A stretch of 64,000 bases of DNA from a virus (IMGVR_UViG_3300021371_000009:1-64000); one strand, 5' to 3'. Positions 28,405 to 38,211 are shown, counted from the first letter of the stretch. Numbers and translations are program-made. The notes: a model not told the origin generated them from the letters alone.

Positions 28405-28776
28405 TTATAGTTGTGTGAATCCGCTTACCTTTTTCAAAGTAATCGTCACAGTTCCATCTTCAATAAAAACTCGTAAATCTTTACTTGGTTCTGCTGAAAG
28501 ACCAAGTTGTCCTGTATTTGTAATAGCACCTACTCCTGCTCCACTAAAAGTAAACACTGCTGTTAGATTTGGTTCAGTAACACGATAAATCTCAATGTCT
28601 CCCACATTATTGTCATAATCAATTTGTAGAATAATACACTCTGGATTTTCTGCAGTTTCATCCCTACCTAAAGTATCTACATCCATATCAAAATCAACTG
28701 AACCAGGAGTGAAGTCTCCCGATACTGCAAAAGTTGCTCTAGTTTCTGTAGTTGCTAATATTGTCTTAGTTGCCAT
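28405..28776 (-). CDS. small beta-rich virion protein, paralog of 19821-20177
   Basis: Similar length and C-terminal LKK..G[FY] motif. Confidence 0.65.
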   Translation of the reverse strand: MATKTILATTETRATFAVSGDFTPGSVDFDMDVDTLGRDETAENPECIILQIDYDNNVGDIEIYRVTEPNLTAVFTFSGAGVGAITNTGQLGLSAEPSKDLRVFIEDGTVTITLKKVSGFTQL

Positions 28777-28792
28777 TTTATAATCTCACTTA

Positions 28793-29569
28793 TTATGTTA
28801 CTGGATTATCAGTCCACGTTTCACTAAATCCAAAATCATCATCTGCATCTGCAGAAGTTGGGTCTGGAGTTGTCACCAATCTACTAGTAGGTGTAATTGA
28901 TGTTCCTATAGTAGGAGAGTTGTCTAAGAAAGCATCTGCTTGCACAGTCTTAATGATACCTTGCTCAGAAATAGGTCCATAGAAATTCATCTTTACAGTA
29001 AATGTCATAGTATATATGATACTTCTACGAGAAGCAAAATCACCTTCATAATCATCCTCATATGTTAGACTTTCTAGTATAAGAGGAAAGTCATCTTTAA
29101 TTCCCATCTCAGGAACAGCATTAATAGTTAAAGTATATGCTGGTGTGAAAAATGGTAATATTTGTTCAACAACTTGAAGTGCATCTTCTTGGTTTTTTGC
29201 CATAATAAACAGACTGAAATTCAAGTTGTAAGGTACAGATTGATATTGTCTTTTAATCTCTGTGCTAGTAGTACCAACTGTTTTACGAACATTCATTTTG
29301 TTTACTTTACGTTGACCATCATAATTAAATCCACTAATTTCAAAACCCATTCTTGGTAAAGTTAGTTGGTGAGTATTCGTTAGTTGAGGATTTTCATATA
29401 GTCTAGCAAGAAATTTTTGTTTTGGTCCATATGCAAGAGGCACTTTCAGTGATTGTATTGCATTACCGCTTGCATCTTTTCTACGAATGTCGATATCATT
29501 GAATACGCTACCAAATGCGATAACACTTCTGCGAATTGTTTCATGATAAAAATGATTTTGTCCTAACAT
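28793..29569 (-). CDS. gp15: tail sheath stabiliser / tail terminator
   Basis: FYHETIR, VPLAYGPKQKFLAR, LPRMGFE, EQILPFF. Confidence 0.95.
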   Translation of the reverse strand: MLGQNHFYHETIRRSVIAFGSVFNDIDIRRKDASGNAIQSLKVPLAYGPKQKFLARLYENPQLTNTHQLTLPRMGFEISGFNYDGQRKVNKMNVRKTVGTTSTEIKRQYQSVPYNLNFSLFIMAKNQEDALQVVEQILPFFTPAYTLTINAVPEMGIKDDFPLILESLTYEDDYEGDFASRRSIIYTMTFTVKMNFYGPISEQGIIKTVQADAFLDNSPTIGTSITPTSRLVTTPDPTSADADDDFGFSETWTDNPVT

Positions 29570-30351
29570 TATCTTTGTACCTCGCCAAATGGATTGCTTG
29601 TGCTAAAGTCTATGATATCTTCTGCATTCAAACTAAAGTCGTTGTTTCTTGAAAGAGGTTCAATACTTGCACCAATTGTTGTCGCATTAGTTGTTGTTGA
29701 AAGTGTATAATCTTCTTTGATAATCTTAAATCCATTTTCAAGCAACAATGAACCTGAACTATCTTCAAGTGATATTTCATAGTTAAACATGTCAGTTGAA
29801 CGTGCATCTTCAATAGCATCAATCGCTGATACACCAGTATCAATCTTCTCTGAACTGTATACAAATCTTTCAACATCTAATCTGTATGTGTAGATATTAT
29901 TTGCTTGATAGAAAATATTCTCATGCTCAACAAATGTGATTTCAAATAAACCTTTTGTCATAGGAAAGTATAGTAAGTCACCTTCGTTTGGTCTGCCTTC
30001 TACAATTAAAGATGCGTTATCATCAACTGCAGTAGACCAACGCGATTTAACAACAACAAAACTTGCCCTGTCTCGTATCTCAACACCAAATTTCGACAAG
30101 AAGTCACCTTCACCCTCAAATCCATCTACTGATTGTAGATACATCTCTATAGAGTGTGCAGACGTAAATTTAGATAACTCATCTTCATTGAAGATTGTGT
30201 CTACGTTTACTAATGTGCGAGGAATGTAATAGATGTCAAAACCATAAATCTTAATTGCTTCTGTATAAAGATTTTCAATTAGGGTTTGCTCTAAAGAATA
30301 ACCTGTACTATCTAATCCGCCGCCTTGGTCGAAATACGCATTAAGTGCCAT
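29569..30351 (-). CDS. gp14: neck protein
   Basis: YYIPRT, LSKFG, RPNEGDLLYFP, DFSTSNPFG. Confidence 0.94.
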   Translation of the reverse strand: MALNAYFDQGGGLDSTGYSLEQTLIENLYTEAIKIYGFDIYYIPRTLVNVDTIFNEDELSKFTSAHSIEMYLQSVDGFEGEGDFLSKFGVEIRDRASFVVVKSRWSTAVDDNASLIVEGRPNEGDLLYFPMTKGLFEITFVEHENIFYQANNIYTYRLDVERFVYSSEKIDTGVSAIDAIEDARSTDMFNYEISLEDSSGSLLLENGFKIIKEDYTLSTTTNATTIGASIEPLSRNNDFSLNAEDIIDFSTSNPFGEVQR

Positions 30352-30355
30352 GTAA

Positions 30356-31297
30356 TCATCCTACCATCATGTCAACTGGTAATTCATATCTGAGTGACAT
30401 TTCTTCTTCGATTTTTGCAATCTCTTCCATTGCTTCTTGCATAATACGAACACCATCAAGTGTTACACCACCTGGCATTTGTACTCCAGCAAATTTACTT
30501 AGATTGTTACCCCATTGCAATTTGATTAGTGCAGTAAGATATTTCTTTAAGAACATATCGTTATACACATCAGCATAAGTTGCAGGGTCTAGAATTCTAT
30601 ATGCTTCAAATACAAGATACTCATCTGCTTTAATATCATTGTTCCAGTCCATGTCTACAAAAATTCTATCAGAATGACGATTAAATCTAATTGGTTTTTC
30701 ACCAACTAAAAGTTCATCAATTAATGATAGATGTTGCTGTATCATATTATAGTATAGCACAGATGTACTTGCTAAGTCAAATAATTCATTTAATCTTAGT
30801 TGATAGCGAACATCAAACATATCTATCTGTGTGTTATTTGTGAAAGGAAATACTCGTTCTACTCCTGTGATAGCATCAGTTACAGGAACATAACCGTTCT
30901 TAATATCGCCTACTGTGATTGCTGTGATTGTATCTGTCGCTGATGATGATGCACCTGTAATTGCTTCAGTAGTCAAATCACCAACTTCTTTATAAAGTCT
31001 TAGTGTAGTTGATGTTGGAGCATCATATATGTAAGCGACTGCACTAGATGTGCCTCCAGTAATTTTCTCGCCAATAGTAAATTGCGAGGAATCTGAAACT
31101 GTTATTGTTGTTGCTGTTACTTTGTGCTTGAGATATGTTTTCTCTACACCGTCAAAGTGATATTCTTGAAAGAACTGAATTGCTTCATCTGTTCTATCAT
31201 CTATCTGGTCAGTTGACACGTTAATATCAATGACGCCTTTACCTAGACGGCGCAAGCAATATTCTTGTAACTCGCTTCTGCTTGTTGGGTTCGCCAT
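30356..31297 (-). CDS. gp13: neck protein
   Basis: YCLRRLG, EYHFDG, QWGNNLSKF, PGGVTLDG. Confidence 0.95.
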   Translation of the reverse strand: MANPTSRSELQEYCLRRLGKGVIDINVSTDQIDDRTDEAIQFFQEYHFDGVEKTYLKHKVTATTITVSDSSQFTIGEKITGGTSSAVAYIYDAPTSTTLRLYKEVGDLTTEAITGASSSATDTITAITVGDIKNGYVPVTDAITGVERVFPFTNNTQIDMFDVRYQLRLNELFDLASTSVLYYNMIQQHLSLIDELLVGEKPIRFNRHSDRIFVDMDWNNDIKADEYLVFEAYRILDPATYADVYNDMFLKKYLTALIKLQWGNNLSKFAGVQMPGGVTLDGVRIMQEAMEEIAKIEEEMSLRYELPVDMMVG

Positions 31298-31343
31298 AAA
31301 AAATCTCCAAGGTATGTTCTTATTAGTATTTATACCTTGGAGA
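31298..31343 (-). promoter_or_regulatory. hairpin plus U-tract covering the gp13 RBS, overlapping a late promoter
   Basis: 12-bp inverted repeat TCTCCAAGGTAT / ATACCTTGGAGA (31304-31315 and 31332-31343); TATAAATA at 31334-31327; six T before the ATG. Confidence 0.75.
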
Positions 31344-31376
31344 AAATAGAGTTTAAAATTTTGACTTTTTTTATTT

Positions 31377-31769
31377 TTATGCTAGAATTGCTTCGACCTG
31401 ACCATGTTGTAATGTATTATCTGTTAATGCAATTGCTTTCACGGCAGCAAAATCGGCGGCGTTATCAACTGTCAACATTCCTTTATAAGCAGATAATACT
31501 AGAGTATCACCCTTTGATACAGTACCTCGTACAGAAACGATGCAACGTCCAGTCAAAGCAACATATGGATTTGACGTTTTATCTAGGGAATAGATAACTC
31601 CAATTGCTTTGTTATCATCTGCACCCGTAGTCACTGCGATATCATAAGTTCCTGCCGCGGCGCGAACAAAGGTACCTACAGACAAAAGATTTGCCGGATC
31701 AATTGTAAATCTTTCAGCAAAGTCTGATACTTCTCTTTGTAGAATTAATCTTCCGTTTTTAATTGGCAT
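31377..31769 (-). CDS. stand-alone fibre C-terminal chaperone-like domain (peptidase G2/IMC-like)
   Basis: SDFAERF...AIGVI...VALTGRCIVSVRGTVSKGDTLV pattern seen at fibre C-termini. Confidence 0.55.
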   Translation of the reverse strand: MPIKNGRLILQREVSDFAERFTIDPANLLSVGTFVRAAAGTYDIAVTTGADDNKAIGVIYSLDKTSNPYVALTGRCIVSVRGTVSKGDTLVLSAYKGMLTVDNAADFAAVKAIALTDNTLQHGQVEAILA

Positions 31770-31780
31770 ATCTTATTCCC

Positions 31781-32638
31781 CTACTCTTCTGATGCATCTT
31801 CAGAGGATTCTGCGGCGTCTAATCTTTCTTGTGCCGCGTCAATATCCGCAAGAGTAACTATCGTACTCATTTTATCTTCATTGATATTACCTCTAACATC
31901 TCCAACTTTAGCAATTCTTTCTTCTAATGAAAGTTTAGTTGAGAGGGGTAATGCATCTGCCGCTTCAATATTAGGTTGAAATGCAATCTTTTTTGCAGTT
32001 TCTTCATCAATATCTCTAAGAATATCTTCAGGCGAATTAGGCATAATTCTAAGATAATCTTCAGATTGAACCATCCAGTGTTTATTCTCAGGTTTAGGAT
32101 AACGCTTTTTAACTGCAAGTCTTCTCGCCTGCAATGCATCAACTCCTTCTTTATTACCTTCTACGATATACTCCCACAATGCTCTAATCATTGCATCTTC
32201 TCTTGGATAGTTTGCCGCTCTCATATCTAAGTATGCTTGCTGGTCTAAAATATCTTGAACAAAAGGACGCATTCTCTTTAATTCGGAGATTGTTGGTTTT
32301 GGTAAATGATTGTCTTCATCCCAAACTACTGCCTCAAGTGCGCCCGCATCTAGACCACTGTCTGCAGAGTTCCATGATGCACCAGGTGGGGTGCTTAATG
32401 ACCATTCACAAGTTGGATATAATACTTGCAACATTACTGCAATGTTATCTGCTCTTCTAACTCTAGAATGATACTCTGTTAATATTGCCTGTTCTGCCTC
32501 AGAAATTGCAATTCCCATGGTTCCCTTTTCCATGATTGCTTCAACTTCATCTCTTGTAGGCGGACCTTTTCTAATCAATTCATCAACTGACTGAGGTCCT
32601 GCAGTTCTTTTAACTGCACTTCTTAAATCGTCTGCCAT
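31781..32638 (-). CDS. putative tail fibre assembly/chaperone protein
   Basis: LYPTCEW...PKPTISEL...YLDMRAANYP...LAVKKRYPKP resembles phage fibre-associated chaperones; last gene of the fibre block. Confidence 0.5.
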   Translation of the reverse strand: MADDLRSAVKRTAGPQSVDELIRKGPPTRDEVEAIMEKGTMGIAISEAEQAILTEYHSRVRRADNIAVMLQVLYPTCEWSLSTPPGASWNSADSGLDAGALEAVVWDEDNHLPKPTISELKRMRPFVQDILDQQAYLDMRAANYPREDAMIRALWEYIVEGNKEGVDALQARRLAVKKRYPKPENKHWMVQSEDYLRIMPNSPEDILRDIDEETAKKIAFQPNIEAADALPLSTKLSLEERIAKVGDVRGNINEDKMSTIVTLADIDAAQERLDAAESSEDASEE

Positions 32639-32686
32639 TTTTAAACTCCTAAAATTATAAATTATCTACATACTTATTTATATAAC

Positions 32687-33256
32687 TTAAACACCATCGT
32701 GTGTTACCGATCCAGATTTTACTCGATCCTCAGGTATTGCAATTTCTTTTGCAATCATATAGAAATCTCTAACTTCGACATCTCTATCAGTATTTTCGTT
32801 TCTAACTTTCACTTCAAAGGTAATCGCATTAGTTACTCTAGGTATATATGCATGTGTGAGAGCAACATTACTTCTAAAATTACTTGTTGATCCATAGCGA
32901 CTATGGGAAGTGTTCAATCTATCGTTTCTACCGCCATGATGACTAAATGTATTACCGTAAGGGGTTAACCCATGAAATCCATTTTGCTCATACTCATTAA
33001 TACCATTTGCAAATAATGCCGCCGCGTAAGTATCTAATGTGTTTGTTCCTCCGCCAACATCTCCCATTACAAAACTAGCACTTATTTCCATTATGCTTGT
33101 TGCATATAGTGGTGTAATTGTAAGTGGCGAATTATCAATTGTGGTAAATTGATTAGAATTTGTGCTATGAATCCAAGAACCAGAATTTTCTGAAAATTTA
33201 TATTGGATTAATAAAGAACCTTTCACTGCCCTTTTAGTTATCTTTTGTAAGGCCAT
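32687..33256 (-). CDS. fibre/receptor-binding module, paralog 5
   Basis: MALQKITK start, TITPLYATS and MIAKEIA shared with the four upstream paralogs. Confidence 0.7.
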   Translation of the reverse strand: MALQKITKRAVKGSLLIQYKFSENSGSWIHSTNSNQFTTIDNSPLTITPLYATSIMEISASFVMGDVGGGTNTLDTYAAALFANGINEYEQNGFHGLTPYGNTFSHHGGRNDRLNTSHSRYGSTSNFRSNVALTHAYIPRVTNAITFEVKVRNENTDRDVEVRDFYMIAKEIAIPEDRVKSGSVTHDGV

Positions 33257-33531
33257 ACATTAAAATTCCTTATTGATTAGTTCTGACTACCAGAACTTGC
33301 TAATCCTATTGAAATTTCCTTTGCAATTAAAAATAAATCTCTGACCATAAAGTTTCTGTCTGCCGTACATCTTGCACGAACATCAATATCTTGTTCATTA
33401 GTTGTTCCTGGAGTAAAAGCATGGTTCATATTAAGTGCATATGATTGTCCAGTTGCATGGCCATGTCTACTAGTGGAAGTGCGTAATCTATCGTTTCTAC
33501 CGCCATGATGACTAAATTGATTACCGTAAGG
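32916..33531. repeat. 47-nt direct repeat pair (32916-32962 and 33485-33531)
   Basis: 45/47 identical by manual alignment; encodes PYGNxFSHHGGRNDRL. Confidence 0.9.
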
Positions 33532-33825
33532 TCTAAGTCCACCAAGTGAAGTTACTAAATATTCTTGACTATCATTAACGTAAATTGCGCCTTGATATGT
33601 ATCAGTTACATTTGATGCGTTTTCCGTATCTCTCACGGACATATTTGATTGTGTTTCTAGTATTGAATCGGCATACTGTGGCGTCATTAATATATTTTTA
33701 CCGTTAATTTGAGTAAAGGTACTTGATGCGGTATTAATATCAAAGTCACCAGTATTCTCAACGTACTTAAATTGTACTAAGAGAGACCCATGTACAATAT
33801 GTTTTGTTACTCTTGTTAATGCCAT
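33277..33825 (-). CDS. fibre/receptor-binding module, paralog 4
   Basis: MALTRVTKHIVHGS, TPQYADSILE, LIAKEIS. Confidence 0.7.
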   Translation of the reverse strand: MALTRVTKHIVHGSLLVQFKYVENTGDFDINTASSTFTQINGKNILMTPQYADSILETQSNMSVRDTENASNVTDTYQGAIYVNDSQEYLVTSLGGLRPYGNQFSHHGGRNDRLRTSTSRHGHATGQSYALNMNHAFTPGTTNEQDIDVRARCTADRNFMVRDLFLIAKEISIGLASSGSQN

Positions 33826-33836
33826 TTTTTTCCCTC

Positions 33837-34370
33837 TTACGTTAAGTTATAATGTTCGCCAGCAATTTCTGAAATGGTTATAAAACCATCTTGAAAACTT
33901 ACCGTAGCACTTGTATTTTCCATTGCAACCCATGTTCCTACTTCTTGAGCGGCAGTTGATCCTGGAGCATGAATATGGTTCATGTAAATTGCTGTTCCCA
34001 TGCCATAATGTCTCCAGTTCTGTCTACCATTTCCTTCTCCAAACTGTTGGTTTTGATGGTTGTGATTGCCGCCGCGAGATTGATTGGTCCCAATAATTCC
34101 TTTTTGAATGTATTCATCACTGCCATTTACTACAAATTTTGCCATACCCGAATGATATCCGGCAACGCCTGCGCCAGACGAGGTTAATTGTGCAGAACCA
34201 GTGCAAACAAGTTCTAAGTGACTATCACTGTATTGCGGTGTAACAGTTGTGTTATCACCCCACTGAACAAAGGTGGAACTATTATTTGTCACATTAGAAA
34301 AATCTTTACCATAATGTGCAATTAACACCGATCCATATACAATGTGTTTAGTTACTTTTGTTAATGCCAT
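33837..34370 (-). CDS. fibre/receptor-binding module, paralog 3
   Basis: MALTKVTKHIVYGS, TPQYSDSHLE, ITISEIA. Confidence 0.7.
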   Translation of the reverse strand: MALTKVTKHIVYGSVLIAHYGKDFSNVTNNSSTFVQWGDNTTVTPQYSDSHLELVCTGSAQLTSSGAGVAGYHSGMAKFVVNGSDEYIQKGIIGTNQSRGGNHNHQNQQFGEGNGRQNWRHYGMGTAIYMNHIHAPGSTAAQEVGTWVAMENTSATVSFQDGFITISEIAGEHYNLT

Positions 34371-34614
34371 TTCCCATATTCCTTTTTATATATCTATTTA
34401 TGTAAGATTAAAACCTAAGTCAGATAACTCTGAAACGGTCATAAAACCACCTTGAAAAATAACTGGCGGAGATGTAGTAGCAATCTGACATTGTATTTCT
34501 TGTTTATTATTACTGACTAATTGATATAGATGGTTTAAATATACTGTTGATCCTGTTCCATAAACTCTAAAGTTCTGTCTACCATTTGCTTCGCCAAACT
34601 GTTGGTTTTGATGG
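34016..34614. repeat. 44-nt direct repeat pair (34016-34059 and 34571-34614)
   Basis: 42/44 identical by manual alignment; encodes HQNQQFGExNGRQN. Confidence 0.9.
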
Positions 34615-34919
34615 GAGTGGTCGCCGGATCTTTGTTGATTTAGTCCAACAATATCTCTTATCAAATGTTCTTCTTGACCATTAATCATCAATCTGAGTTT
34701 ACCTGCATAAAATCCAGCGGCCAGGTTACCGGTTAGTTGAGCAGAACCTGTTACTACTACTTCGATTATATTTTTTGGGTCATTTGGTGTGAAGTCTAAT
34801 TGGTCACCCCAATTGGTAAAAGTAGAACTAGAAGTTGAAGCATCAGTCATATCCATGCCATAATGCGAAACTAGAACTGATCCATAAACCGCTCTTTTAC
34901 TCACTTTCTTTAATGCCAT
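34398..34919 (-). CDS. fibre/receptor-binding module, paralog 2
   Basis: MALKKVSKRAVYGS, FTPNDP, MTVSELS. Confidence 0.7.
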   Translation of the reverse strand: MALKKVSKRAVYGSVLVSHYGMDMTDASTSSSTFTNWGDQLDFTPNDPKNIIEVVVTGSAQLTGNLAAGFYAGKLRLMINGQEEHLIRDIVGLNQQRSGDHSHQNQQFGEANGRQNFRVYGTGSTVYLNHLYQLVSNNKQEIQCQIATTSPPVIFQGGFMTVSELSDLGFNLT

Positions 34920-34939
34920 GTTATAAAGTTCCTATTATA

Positions 34940-35467
34940 TTAGTTTACATAGTTGTTACTTGGTGTTCCTGTTACGATACCTCCAGCAACTTCTTTTACC
35001 ATGATAAACCCATCTCTTCCTTGTAAGTTACCACCTCCATCATTATTACTTCTATTTGCTTGTATAGTACATGTTTGTAAGTTTGTAGTTCCCGGTAAAT
35101 GTCTATGATAAAGACTTACAGATTTACCTTCTCTACGACTGTTCGCTGAATTGTATGCCCTATCGAAAACAGAAACAGATGCGGCATCATTAATTGTATA
35201 TTCTGTTTGACCATTAACATCTAGATATAAATTTACCTCGGCGCTATCAAATGTTCCATCATTTGGTGCCCCACTATCTGCATTATTACTAAGTGTTCCA
35301 GTAAATCTACATTCCAAAATAGAGTCCGCATATTCTGGAGTTATTGTGATATTATCCCAATTTGCAATGGACGTTGCCGCGTGATCCAAGTTACCCATAT
35401 CTTTATAACGAACTTGAACGATAGTCGCTCCATACACAATGTGTTTAGTTAATTTTGTCAGTGCCAT
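34940..35467 (-). CDS. fibre/receptor-binding module, paralog 1
   Basis: MALTKLTKHIVYG, TPEYADSILE, IMVKEVA. Confidence 0.7.
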   Translation of the reverse strand: MALTKLTKHIVYGATIVQVRYKDMGNLDHAATSIANWDNITITPEYADSILECRFTGTLSNNADSGAPNDGTFDSAEVNLYLDVNGQTEYTINDAASVSVFDRAYNSANSRREGKSVSLYHRHLPGTTNLQTCTIQANRSNNDGGGNLQGRDGFIMVKEVAGGIVTGTPSNNYVN

Positions 35468-35479
35468 TTTTATTACCCT

Positions 35480-37858
35480 TTAAATAAATCTTACAACTTC
35501 AAGTTTTTGCTCATTGACAGGTATAGATGTCATATACAACTTATTACCCACAATTACATATTGAGTTGGGTCTTGTAACTCTCCCTCTAAGAACACTAGA
35601 AGTTTTTGTTCGTTATATGTATCTTGCACAGTTCCGAATGAATGCTTCTCAAATACAAGTTCTCCCATATCAAAAATCTGCTGTGAACCATTACACTTGA
35701 ATACTAGTTTCTTCGTTTCTAAGTCAGTCTCACTTGAAGTTCCTGAGTATGTTGTAATGTCGAAAATACCTTGCACTTCAATAAACGCATCTTGAGAAGG
35801 TGCAGTATTAAATGTCAATGTAGTTCCACTCAAAGCATATTCTTCATCTCTAAGTACTTTACCATTGATTACTACAAGAACACCAAAGTCGTTAGGTGTA
35901 GTTGTTGAGGTGAATGGAATTGTGAATTGAGTAGCAGAACCAGTTCCTCTCAATACTACTTTTCTTCTATTTGTTGCCGCGACTTCTGTACACTTCAATA
36001 CTTTACAATCAATAACAGAACCGAATGCTGGATGTTCATCAAAGAAACATAACTTATTTTTCTCTACAAAGTAGGAATCATCATTCTGATATACACCATC
36101 AATATGAACAATAACACTATCGTCAGATGATGGATGTAATTCGATAAGACCAGTTGCTTCATCTAAAAGTCTAACAAACATGTGGTCACCAGCACCAGTT
36201 GATGCAATACCAGTCATTGTTACTGTCTTCGCGTCTTGTGTATTATGTCCGGCGCCGGGAGTAAGTGTTTCAAACATAATCAATTCGACTTTTACTGATT
36301 GGTCAGATGAACCAGGATTTCCCCCTAGTGTCAAAGTTTGACCAGATATTGACCATGTGTCTCTTGCCTGAATAATACCATCAACAATAACTAAGAACAT
36401 TTCTTCATTTGCGGCATTAGCAGACTGAGTTGAGAATGTTCCATGTCTGCTTGTATAACCAGATGCGGTTGTAAATGTATTTGCTGAACCGTTCGATGTC
36501 CATGTTGCACGACTAATTGCTGTGTCTGCTAATAGTGAAACATCATCGTTACCTATCAGACTTTTCATGTCTCTGATTTCAATTTTAGGTGCTTGGTCAT
36601 CAACGCCAACTCTAGAACCAATATTTACTATTTGATTTGATGCTCCAGAACCTTCATTGAAGTCTGCAGAAACTACAGTGTACTCATCATAAGGTTGAAT
36701 AATACCATCAATAGCAACAATCAAATCTGCTTCATCAGTTGATAAGTCATAAGTTGTTTCTTTTTGATATACGTTATTTGTAGTATCCCAGTGATGATTG
36801 TTTACATCAAAGTATTGCTGACCTTCATTATCTGTGATTGCAGTGATAGTCAATGTCGCATCATTAGTTGAACCAGATTGAATGATTGTCAATACTTCGT
36901 TATTCTGATAGTTGTATGCAAATTCACCATTTGCTAAGTCGGTATTGATTGTAACACCAGTTACAATACCACCAGCGGCGGTGATGTTTACTCTGAATCC
37001 TTGACCAGAACCGCCTCTTGCTTCTAGATTGTTTGCTGATGTATATCCTGAAGTACCAGCGTTTGTTGGTCCACTAATAGTTGTTGGTTGACCATTAATG
37101 TTTTTACCCATCAGAACTCTTCGGTTAAGATTGGTATACATTGTGCTTTTAAGACCTCTAAATTCAATTGGTGTATTTTCAGTCAATACACTTTCATGAA
37201 CATACTTATATTCGTTTACAAGAGCATACTCATTATGATTAGACATTACAGATGCACTTGCGCCGCCTCTAAAGACAAGAAGATTGTGTTCAGCATCAGT
37301 CTTTTGATGCATAGGAACAATATTCTGCAATCCATCGGTGATTGCTCTTGTTCTTACAATTGCTAGACTGTTTGATGCTTGCACATTACCAGATGGATCA
37401 ATAACATCATAGATACCTCTGATTTCAAGTTCAGTATTAATTGAGGGAACTTGTGTCAAAACTACTTTATTTGCAAATAGAACATAATCTTTATCTTGAA
37501 GAATATCACCATTTTTAGTAACAATAATTGAATACTCATCAGGTGGTGTAAATCCACAATCGAATATTCTTTGTGTACCATCACACAAATATATTTTACT
37601 TCTTACAGATTGAAACTCGGATGCTTTCAGTGCTTGAATAATTACTTCTGCGCCGTCTGCCGGTGCATCTGAAAGAAGTACTTTATTAGGATGTTTGAAT
37701 ACAAAATCTTGGTCGTTTAGATACACACCATCAATATACACCGACATTTGATTGTCGCTGAGTGGTATGAATTCTGTTGTAAATATCTTACGAATCCCAT
37801 CGGCAATAAACCTTTGAGTTCTGATATTATTTCCTTTAGTTCTTCCGATGTAAGGCAT
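35480..37858 (-). CDS. virion structural protein with about 8 tandem beta-sandwich-like repeats
   Basis: Recurring [D/N]G...F...V.[I/V][D/N]G..Q...Y units of about 70-100 aa. Confidence 0.75.
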   Translation of the reverse strand: MPYIGRTKGNNIRTQRFIADGIRKIFTTEFIPLSDNQMSVYIDGVYLNDQDFVFKHPNKVLLSDAPADGAEVIIQALKASEFQSVRSKIYLCDGTQRIFDCGFTPPDEYSIIVTKNGDILQDKDYVLFANKVVLTQVPSINTELEIRGIYDVIDPSGNVQASNSLAIVRTRAITDGLQNIVPMHQKTDAEHNLLVFRGGASASVMSNHNEYALVNEYKYVHESVLTENTPIEFRGLKSTMYTNLNRRVLMGKNINGQPTTISGPTNAGTSGYTSANNLEARGGSGQGFRVNITAAGGIVTGVTINTDLANGEFAYNYQNNEVLTIIQSGSTNDATLTITAITDNEGQQYFDVNNHHWDTTNNVYQKETTYDLSTDEADLIVAIDGIIQPYDEYTVVSADFNEGSGASNQIVNIGSRVGVDDQAPKIEIRDMKSLIGNDDVSLLADTAISRATWTSNGSANTFTTASGYTSRHGTFSTQSANAANEEMFLVIVDGIIQARDTWSISGQTLTLGGNPGSSDQSVKVELIMFETLTPGAGHNTQDAKTVTMTGIASTGAGDHMFVRLLDEATGLIELHPSSDDSVIVHIDGVYQNDDSYFVEKNKLCFFDEHPAFGSVIDCKVLKCTEVAATNRRKVVLRGTGSATQFTIPFTSTTTPNDFGVLVVINGKVLRDEEYALSGTTLTFNTAPSQDAFIEVQGIFDITTYSGTSSETDLETKKLVFKCNGSQQIFDMGELVFEKHSFGTVQDTYNEQKLLVFLEGELQDPTQYVIVGNKLYMTSIPVNEQKLEVVRFI

Positions 37859-37875
37859 GTGTTACTTCTCTCTCT

Positions 37876-38211
37876 TTACGGTGTAAATTCTAGTGCATTG
37901 ACAACAACATCAAGAGAATTCGCTCTAGATGCTTTCACCTTTACAATCTCTCCATCGTTCAAGTTAATAGGTCGCTCCAAGGTTGCTCCTAAGTTTGCTT
38001 GAACTGGATAAAGATATGCTACATGAAACTCATTACCTGCTCCATCGTCAATAACAATATTAACGTACAAGTCTTCTAGGTTATATGTGTTTGTAATGTA
38101 GATTGAGTGAATGACCGCATACTTACCACTAGGTACCGTGTATAAAGTACTACCTGAACCTGTGGATGATGCTCCACTCACTTTTGTATTTTTAAATATA
38201 CCTGTTGCCAT
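37876..38211 (-). CDS. small virion connector protein, paralog of 40201-40536
   Basis: LYTVPS...I.N...A...LN..[E/D]...V...A...D/N...LE pattern. Confidence 0.7.
   Translation of the reverse strand: MATGIFKNTKVSGASSTGSGSTLYTVPSGKYAVIHSIYITNTYNLEDLYVNIVIDDGAGNEFHVAYLYPVQANLGATLERPINLNDGEIVKVKASRANSLDVVVNALEFTP

Noticed and set aside
32916-34614. Repeat pairs as template/variable regions of a diversity-generating retroelement
   Set aside because: Mismatches are not adenine-specific, both copies are coding, and no reverse transcriptase is in the window.
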